A stretch of 64,000 bases of DNA, from NCBI GenBank assembly GCA_037447605.1, contig CM074809.1, positions 3,276,689-3,340,688 on the forward strand. The letters run 5' to 3'. This DNA comes from Zygnema circumcarinatum SAG 698-1b (taxonomy: Eukaryota; Plantae; Zygnematophyceae). The notes below the pieces were generated by a model. The model was not told where the DNA came from. It ran no database searches and saw nothing but the letters and a program-made list of their open reading frames with translations. Position 1 is the stretch's first letter, and every line of letters starts with the position of its first letter. A program made the position numbers and the translations under genes. This document shows positions 46,301 through 54,247 of this stretch, piece by piece.

Positions 46301-48109
46301 TTCCAGCTTCTTTTTGGGGAGAAGCGGTTTCTACTGCTGCGTACATTAGAAACAGATGTCCGTCTTCTGTTCTGAAAGACCAGGTCCCTGAGCAGATGTG
46401 GAGTGGGAGGAAGCCCACAGTTTCCCACCTGAGGACCTTTGGCGCGCGATGCTGGGCTGCACTGCCCAAGGCGCGACAGAAGAAGAAGTTTGACCCCCGA
46501 GCGGTGGAGGGTTATGTTCTCGGCTATAACACCAACAGCCGCACGTATAGGGTGTGGAACCCTCGACTGCAGGAGGTCCTGAGCACGAGGGACATTACAG
46601 TTGATGAGGGAAGTGCTGTTGAGCGTGTTGCAGACTCTCAGATCTTTCCTCCAGCGAAAGCGGATTTCGAGATCGTGTATGAGGAGGGAGAGACGAGTGG
46701 AGAGCGTGATGTCACTGTGCAGGATGCCAGCACATCACAGAGTGAAGGAGCCGAGCCAGCAGCTGCGTCAAGCGAGCCTGCTGATGTTGGAGAGTCGCCA
46801 GAGGAGGCGCATGCGGAGGAGCCGCAGAATTCGACGGAGACGATTCCAGTGCACACTCAGTTGAGTGAGGAAGAGGAGAACTCCGTGGAGACGGTGCCGC
46901 TGCACACGCAAGAGTCAGAGGACCTTGAAGCGGCCGAGAGAGAGGCTATGTTAGCTAACATGCCTCCAGGTTTTGTACCCGGACTCTACTTCTATCCGAG
47001 AGGACGAAGCGCGAAGGAGATTCGGAAGAGCAGTCGGGACAGGAGGCGACCAGATCGGTACTCGCCTGAGAACAACCTCATCCAAGAAAGAGTGCCTTCA
47101 GATTCAGCTGACCTCGTGGGAGTTGCCCATTGCTTTATGATCACGGAACCACAGACCTTTGAGGAAGCACACGACGGAGTCGATGGCGACAAATGGCGGG
47201 TGGCGATCGATAGCGAGTGGGACAGCTTGATAGAGAACGGCACGTGGAGGTTGGAGGAGCTGCCTCAAGGGAGGCGAGCTANNNNNNNNNNGGCCAACCA
47301 GAGTGATTGGCTATACAGACTCAGATTGGGGCGGTGATGTAGATACATCGCGCTCGACTTCAGGTTTCATTTACCTGTATGGAGGTGGAGCGATTTCGTG
47401 GAGCTCCAAGTTGCAGGACTCGGTAGCGTTATCGAGTACAGAGGGCGAGTACATGGGTGCTTGTCATGCTGCAAAGGAGGGCGTGTGGTTTCAGCAGTTC
47501 TTTGATGAATGCAAGAGAGAACAACGCCCGATTACCTTGTTCACCGATAATCAATCATCGATTGCCCTGGTGGGAAACCCGGTGTTTCACAAGCGGACCA
47601 AGCACATCAGAGTGCAGTACCATTATGTACGGGAGTTGGTTCGAGGAGGGTTTGATCGATGTGAAGTTCGTAGGCACGAAGGAGCAAGCCGCCGATATGC
47701 TGACTAAAGGAGTTAGCGGAGAAACCCTGCTGGTGAATGGCAGGTTGGTTGGGCTGGGGCCCATGCAAAACTAAAGTCCCAAAGAGGGGGATTGTTAGTG
47801 TATAGTAGTTAGTCACTAGACAAGTTGTTGTTGGGACATTAGTTTTGTGTGCGTGTGTTGTGTGTGTGGCCCTTGGCGGCGATGTGCGCCTAGACCGACG
47901 GGCNNNNNNNNNNAGGAGCTTTCTCCTATTCATTTCTCTCTGTTATTCCGCTGTGCATTATTTGCTGTGATTCACTCTGTGAGTAAAATGGGCTATGAGT
48001 GAATGTGAGAGATTTGAAGATGTCATCGTCGATTGGAACGCGAACTCCGATGGAGGGTGACCCGAATGGAGGAACGGACGGTAGCAGTGGAGGAGTCCCT
48101 CCACCAACA
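43347..48109 (+). mobile_element. Ty1/copia LTR retrotransposon copy 1, full length (5' LTR 43347-44326, 3' LTR 47793-48109 with an internal gap, TSD CCATC)
   Basis: LTRs run TGTTAGTG...CCAACA; PBS TGGTATCAGAGC (tRNAiMet) at 44329-44340; PPT AAAGAGGGGGAT at 47781-47792; CCATC at 43342-43346 and 48110-48114. Confidence 0.95.
44345..47774 (+). pseudogene. Copia gag-pol of copy 1 (Gag with two CCHC knuckles, protease, integrase, RT largely hidden in a gap, RNase H)
   Basis: CYTCGKIGHYSSDC and CFKCKKRGHRSSDC; WLIDSGASTHM; WHRRLGH...CQECVEGK; VHSDLCGP / RSDNGGEF / NGAAERVNRT (DDE); GYTDSDWGGD, SSTEGEY, TDNQS, KHIRVQYHYVRE, ADMLTK. Order PR-INT-RT-RH is copia. Frameshifts near 45380 and 47650. Confidence 0.93.
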
Positions 48110-48528
48110 CCATCCGGCATGGCTTATGAGTTATTTTGTGATGTGTTCTCTCCCGATACGAGCGAGGGTGGATTTGATTTGTTCTTTTAGCTTGCTTCCA
48201 TCATTGCCCAGGGTCGTGTCCCGGTGTTTATTAGTCATCTCTTTACTTCGGCTCGTCTCGTGGCTCTCGCCAAGCCTGTCGGCGGCGTTCGCCCCATCGC
48301 TGTGGGGGAGGTTTTGTCTCGTGTGGTTGCTCGTGCTATGTGTTTGCAGTTGCAAGGGGCTTTTCAGAATCATTTTTCCCCTTGTCAATTTGGTGTCGCA
48401 AAGCTGTCGTCCATGGTATTCGAGTGATGCTTGACCTTCATCCGGATTGGGTGGTTTTACAGGTTGATGTGACAAACGCTTTTAACAAAAGCCCGTGAGG
48501 AGATGTTTCCAGAGTAGCGCGAGGCTCC

Positions 48529-49576
48529 TGTTAGTGTATGATAGTTAGCATGAATTTGTTGGAACATTAGTTTTGCGGCTTTTGTGTTGTGTGTTTTCTT
48601 TGGCGGCGGTGTGCGCCTAAGTTGTAGGCGGGAGTACGGACATTGGTCGGTGGAAGAGGCGCGGCGCGGCGGAGTCAGAAGTGACGAGGCGCAACGCAAC
48701 GAATCGGAAACTGACGTGGCGCGAACGCGGCCGCGGAGCGAATCGAAGATGTGACGCGACGTGCGAATTTGCGCGCGAATCAAAAGTGACGCGGCGCGGC
48801 GTCAACCTTTGGATTNNNNNNNNNNGTCAACCTTTGGATTGAACGATTCGGACTTGACGCTATGCGGCGTCAGAATATCGGCGCGCGATTCATCATTGTA
48901 CGGAGCTGATTCGAAATGTCGGTGGCGTGCGACGACGCGGAGTTTGACGTGTCATCTATCTTGGAGGCAGGGTCAGATCCTACGGCGCAAGACGTGGATT
49001 AGCTTAGAGTCCGACTTGGATCTGACGGAGGTGATGTACGGTATCCGTGTGAGTCGACGAGGATCCGACGGCGCAGGATGAGGATCGGGATAGGGCCCTT
49101 GCGGGCGGCTAGTTGATGTTGTGAGCTTCGTAGCATGGTAGTGTCACGGATGTTGTGACATAGTATATAGTGTGTTGTTTTGTTTGGTTGTTAATCTTTA
49201 ACTTCTGGATTATCAACGTAGTTATTGTAGACTCTGAGAAGCTGAATGCTCGTGTTGCTTAACATTACACTTGCTTGTGCTGCGAGGTAGTGGGCTTTTG
49301 AGTTTATTGGGCTATTTGAGAGGGGGTCTCTCATTTGTGTTGATAAGATTATTATTAAGGAGTTTTAAGGCCGAGAGCTTTCTCCTATCCTTTTCTCTCT
49401 GTTATTCCGCTGTGCATATTCTGTGAGGTTCACTATGTGAGTAAAATGGGCTATGAGTGAATGTGAGAGTTTGGGAAATGTCATCATCGATTGGAACGCA
49501 AACTCCGATGGAAGGTGATGAGAGTGGAGAAGCCGGCCGGCCGGCCGGCGACCGTGGAGGAGTCTCTGCATCAACA
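48529..49576 (+). mobile_element. Solo LTR of a second copia-related family (TSD GCTCC)
   Basis: TGTTAGTGTATG...TCAACA, with GCTCC at 48524-48528 and 49577-49581. It contains an N gap, so a hidden internal region cannot be excluded. Confidence 0.82.
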
Positions 49577-49617
49577 GCTCCTGCACCTATCGCCTCTATT
49601 TTTCCCTTTGTTAGTGC

Positions 49618-51086
49618 TGTTGGAGCATGGATCTGCTGGCTGCTCCCAGCGCCACCTCGCGTGTCGCCCTCCATTGGAACTCCGGTTCCCACCGATGAAG
49701 ACATCTTCACTCTATCTCACTTCACTCATAGCCCATAACTCACAGAATGAACGCAGAGACGAGCACAGCGAAAATCACACACGAGAGAGTATAGGAGAAA
49801 GCTCACGGCTCTAAAACTCCTTTATAATAAGAATGTCACCCACATNNNNNNNNNNGTCAACCTTTGGATTGAACGATTCGGACTTGACGCTATGCGGCGT
49901 CAGAATATCGGCGCGCGATTCATCATTGTACGGAGCTGATTCGAAATGTCGGTGGCGTGCGACGACGCGGAGTTTGACGTGTCATCTATCTTGGAGGCAG
50001 GGTCAGATCCTACGGCGCAAGACGTGGATTAGCTTAGAGTCCGACTTGGATCTGACGGAGGTGATGTACGGTATCCGTGTGAGTCGACGAGGATCCGACG
50101 GCGCAGGATGAGGATCGGGATAGGGCCCTTGCGGGCGGCTAGTTGATGTTGTGAGCTTCGTAGCATGGTAGTGTCACGGATGTTGTGACATAGTATATAG
50201 TGTGTTGTTTTGTTTGGTTGTTAATCTTTAACTTCTGGATTATCAACGTAGTTATTGTAGACTCTGAGAAGCTGAATGCTCGTGTTGCTTAACATTACAC
50301 TTGCTTGTGCTGCGAGGTAGTGGGCTTTTGAGTTTATTGGGCTATTTGAGAGGGGGTCTCTCATTTTGTGTTGATAAGATTATTATTAAGGAGTTTTAAG
50401 GCCGAGAGCTTTCTCCTATCCTTTTCTCTCTGTTATTCCGCTGTGCATATTCTGTGAGGTTCACTATGTGAGTAAAATGGGCTATGAGTGAATGTGAGAG
50501 TTTGGGAAATGTCATCATCGATTGGAACGCAAACTCCGATGGAAGGTGATGAGAGTGGAGAAGCCGGCCGGCCGGCCGGCGACCGTGGAGGAGTCTCTGC
50601 ATCAACAGCTCCTGCACCTATCGCCTCTATTTTTCCCTTTGTTAGTGCTGTTGGAGCATGGATCTGCTGGCTGCTCCCAGCGCCACCTCGCGTGTCGCCC
50701 TCCATTGGAACTCCGGTTCCCACCGATGAAGACATCTTCACTCTATCTCACTTCACTCATAGCCCATAACTCACAGAATGAACGCAGAGACGAGCACAGC
50801 GAAAATCACACACGAGAGAGTATAGGAGAAAGCTCACGGCTCTAAAACTCCTTTATAATAAGAATGTCACCCACATNNNNNNNNNNGGACCGCACTAAGG
50901 GTCTGACGCGGTTCCGCCGACATCACCGACATCCTCCGCGCCCGAAAAGCGTACGGGCCACCGACATTTGGCCCGACCGTATTTCCTAGGAACACTACTA
51001 GCAGATCTCATGTTTCCCAACTGAGGACCACAACAATGTTAGTGTGAACCCGTACAATGTCTAACTATAGCACACTAACACTAACA
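49618..51086 (-). mobile_element. Reverse-oriented LTR (solo or gap-collapsed element) of a third copia-related family (TSD AGTGC)
   Basis: The minus strand runs TGTTAGTGTTAGTGTG (51086) to CCAACA (49618; 50649 in the duplicated block). AGTGC lies at 49613-49617 and 51087-51091. Confidence 0.78.
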
Positions 51087-51441
51087 AGTGCTTTATTATT
51101 TTTATTCTCGCTCGAGCCCTCTCCTTTTCCCTCTTGGCGGTACCAGCAGTTTTCTTAGCACTCTCGAGTCTGCCACAAGGACGCGCTAGGGCGATCCTTT
51201 GGGGGGTCCATTATTCGCTTTGGCACACCTTTGTAGCGAAACGCTATAGATCGGTTGTATGGCCTAGTACTTACATCCATGGTTGCCTTTTAATGGTAAA
51301 GCACATGTGTGGGTACCGGGAGGTCCTGTGTTCAAACGCTCTTGAGGGCGGGTTTATTACAATGGTATCAGAGCCTAATTCCCGGTATTTGCGATCCACC
51401 CTAAAAACACCGTGATCTCTGAGCATGGTACGGGGTTCCAA

Positions 51442-52901
51442 TGTAACAAACCCGCCTCCAGCAAGGTTTGATCTCAGGACCTCACGGTATTCACCTAAGT
51501 GCTTTACCATTAAAGGCAACCGCGGATGTAAGTACTAGGTTATACACTCCATGTATACTGTTCATTACATTCCTCCCCACCTAAACCGTGCTCGTCCTCG
51601 AGCACCATGCTCAAGGGTTTTTACGAGCGCGTTCAAGCTCCTTCATCATATGGACCTACAGACTTGGCTGCCACAGCTCAACCAATCTGTACCATGCTCA
51701 GAGATCACGGTGTTTTTAGGGTGGATTGTGTTGATGTATAGGTACATCAAGGTGTTGGTACTTAGTTCCTAGCATGGATGTTGTCCAAGAGATCATGTGT
51801 TGATGTAGGGGCAATGTCATGCATGAATGGTCATGTTTGGTGTAGGACCAAACATGGGGGATGCCCAAATGTTAGGGCAATGTACGGAAGGTCTAGGGAA
51901 GGTCTAGGGTCGTAGATTTACGGCTTAGGCTGAGACCGTACCAAAGGGGGTGCGCTGGATGCGCATTAATTGGTCTGGAGCGTGACCGTACGGACGGCNN
52001 NNNNNNNNGTCACGTGACAAAGGCCGCCATGGTATATGAGGGAGCAAGCTTGGCTCCCTACTTACTCACTCACTCGGAACGTTATGCTGCTCAACCTTCG
52101 TGTTAGGAAGAGTAGGCAGAGGCTGAGGCCTTGAGGAGTCCGGCCTTGTGTAGGGGGTCGTGAAAGAACTATCTCTCATCATGGTTAGCTCTAGTGAAAG
52201 AGTTAGAGATGTGTCCCTCTCGTGTTGAGTTAGAGGAGAAGTTCAAGCAAGCATATAGTGCTTAGCTACTACAGTTGGGGTGTAAGCTGCCTATCAGTGG
52301 ATAGGGTAGTGCTCATGAGAGAAGGAGAATCGAGCATAAGGTTATATGTAGATTTCCTAAGAGAGCTTGTATTACACCTATGAATGTTAAGGAGTTTTAG
52401 GGCCGAGGGCTTTCTCCTTATACTTGTGTCATTTGTCACATGTGAGTCCTTGTGTTGGATTGGAGTGATGGATGAGTGGAGGCGAACATTGTATGGGCGG
52501 TGTGTCGCATCACATGTGGAGACCATTGGAGGAGCGTGGAGCTGAAGGAGCCAAGACCATGGAGGAGATGAAGAAGTGTTCTTGTAGGTGGCGCGTTTTG
52601 TTTTCCGCTGTGCGCACCTGGTGAGGGGAGGAAGAGAAGGCATATCGTGGCGGAAGCGGTATGTGGCCTAAGTAGAAGTGGAAGAAGTTTTAGAGTTTCA
52701 CTAAAGCATGTTTTATCCTTCCACTAGTCTCTCTCTACTGCCCCCTCACACCAACAGATTGCAAATACCGGTCCTTAGGCTCTGATATCAATGTAACAAA
52801 CCCTTGCCTCCAGCAGGATTCGATTTCAAGTGCTTTACCATTAAGAGGCAACCGCGGATGTAAATACTAGGTCATACACTCCCTGTATACCGTTTGTTAC
52901 A
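51442..52901 (-). mobile_element. TRIM-2 (diverged subfamily) inserted in reverse into TRIM-1; LTRs 51442-51569 and 52792-52901
   Basis: Reverse-strand LTR/PPT (TTCCTCCCCAC at 51570) and PBS (GGCTCTGATATCAA at ~52778-52791); same internal sequence as TRIM-1 and TRIM-3. TSD not clear. Confidence 0.82.
51729..52756 (+). mobile_element. Solo LTR of the large-LTR (LARD-like) family inside TRIM-2 (TSD GATTG)
   Basis: TGTTGATGTATAGGTACATCAAGG...CTCACACCAACA, with GATTG at 51724-51728 and 52757-52761. Same LTR as at 57409 and 62185; shortened by an N gap. Confidence 0.88.
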
Positions 52902-53850
52902 TCGAACCCTTACTGGCCTGAGGGGCTAAAGCCGTAGTCCATGTGTTGAAAGAGCTTGAACGCTGCTCGTGAAAACCCTTGAGTGCGCTCAAGGACGAGC
53001 TCGATTTACGTGGGGAGGAATGTAGCAAAATGCTATACATCGGTTGTATGGCCTAGTATTTACATCCGCGGTTTCCTTTTAATGGTAAAGCACATGTGTG
53101 GGTACCGGGAGGTCTTGTGTTTGAACCCTCCAAAGGGCGGGTTTATTACACCTTCGTGCGCTTTGGGCGTCTGCACAGGCCTTTTTAGGGTGCCTTTTCC
53201 CTTCGGTTGCTGATGATACTCACATTCTCTACCTTGTTGATCAGGTGGTTGCTGCTTTTACTGATTTCAGTACTCGGCTGGCTTCCTTGCAGCTTACTGT
53301 CAATTTGTCCAAATGTTTTGCTTGGTCTCCAGTTGGTCTCCCCTCTTCCCTTTCGCTTTCGTCGGGTATACAGACTTGCTCGGACGCGATTGGTATCCGC
53401 GTCCTTGGTTGCCCTTTTGGGGCGTCATCATATGTTGATCGTTTTGTGGAGGATGCTTTGGTTGAGGATGTGTCTCAAGTTGATGAGTTGCCTCATCTTT
53501 CTGATCCTCAGGTGGCTTTTTCCTTACTCGTTGTTTTGCCTTACGTCCCTCTTACCTTTTACGAACCCTCCCTCCTACCGTTGCTTTTCTCGCTTCCTTG
53601 CAATCTTTCGACGAGCATTTATTTTCTGTGTCATCGCCTTTTAGGTGCGAGTATTTTTGACCGGCCGGAAGGCCCGCTTGCTCGTTTGCAAGCCTCGCTT
53701 CCTATTCTTGGCGGTTAGGGGCTTGTCCCAACTACGCGGGTTGCATCCCCGGGCTTTTTGAGTAGTTGGGCTCTTGTTGCTACGGTGTTAGCTTCGCGTT
53801 TCCTTGTGGATGATCGTCCGTTGCTTCAGTCCGTTGTTGCTCATGTTGAT

Positions 53851-54247
53851 TGTAACCAAACCCGCCCCTGGCAGGGTTCGAACACAGGACCTCCCGGTAC
53901 CCACACATGTGCTTTACCATTAAAAGGCAACCGCGGATGTAAGTATTAGACCGTACAACACATGTATAGCGTTTCGCTATATTCCTCCCCACCTAAACCG
54001 TGCTCGTCCTCGAGCACACAACTCAAGGGTTTTCACGAGCTGCATTCAAGCTCCTTCAACACATGGGACGATGTACGGTTCAGACCTTTTGGCCAACCGT
54101 ACCATGCTCGGAGGTCACGGTGTTTTTAGGGTGGATCGCAAATACCGGGAATTAGGCTCTGACAGGCCATGTAACCAAACTCGCCTCTGGCAGGGTTCGA
54201 ACACAGGACCTCCCGGTACCCACACATGTGCTTTACCATTAAAAGGC
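53851..54247 (-). mobile_element. TRIM-3, reverse orientation: 3' LTR 53851-53981, internal region 53982-54169 (188 bp), 5' LTR from 54170 interrupted by copia copy 2
   Basis: Same LTR, PPT and degenerate PBS as TRIM-1. This copy shows the uninterrupted internal domain and the best-preserved GTTCGAACC box. Confidence 0.88.

Larger units (their letters stand above)
51232..53150 (+). mobile_element. TRIM-1: terminal-repeat retrotransposon in miniature with 130-bp tRNA-like LTRs (51232-51361, 53021-53150) and 4-bp TSD CCTT; carries nested inserts
   Basis: LTRs run TGTAGC...TTACA; PBS TGGTATCAGAGCC at 51363-51375; PPT GTGGGGAGGAA ends at 53020; CCTT at 51228-51231 and 53151-53154; internal region is non-coding. 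Confidence 0.9.
43111..53850 (+). mobile_element. Decayed CRE-like non-LTR retrotransposon RT ORF, split into five pieces (43111-43346, 48115-48528, 49582-49617, 51092-51231, 53155-53850)
   Basis: Removing the insertions gives SPHLSAGGP|SGMAYE...SARLVALAKPVGGVRPIAVGEVLSR...QFGV...WVVLQVDVTNAFN...EAP|APIASIFPFVSA|..YSRSSPL...TR*GDPLGGPLFALAHL|RAL...LFPSVADDTHIL...LTVNLSKC...GIRVLGCPFG...QVAFSLL. These are RT domains 0-7 plus thumb, with stops and frameshifts. Confidence 0.88.

Noticed and set aside
47793-48109. Truncated 317-bp 3' LTR of copia-1 (and missing RT or integrase segments)
   Set aside because: Each apparent deletion coincides with a 10-N gap, so the sequence is hidden rather than shown to be absent.
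48826-50876. Direct duplication of a ~1.03-kb block (48826-49845 and 49856-50876)
   Set aside because: The copies look identical except for one T in a homopolymer, both are bounded by 10-N gaps, and the block spans junctions of three different elements. Most likely an assembly artefact, not a biological tandem duplication.
51442-51569. Classical Cassandra (5S-bearing) assignment for the TRIM
   Set aside because: The 5S-like TTAA..AGTACTAGG stretch is antisense to the PBS and lacks the GGATGGGTGACC C box. It is a weaker match than the tRNA reading, but should still be tested with RF00001.
53864-53938. Functional tRNA gene inside the TRIM LTR
   Set aside because: Anticodon, T and acceptor stems do not pair and the anticodon differs between subfamilies (GGG versus GAA). 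Kept only as a tRNA-derived promoter hypothesis.
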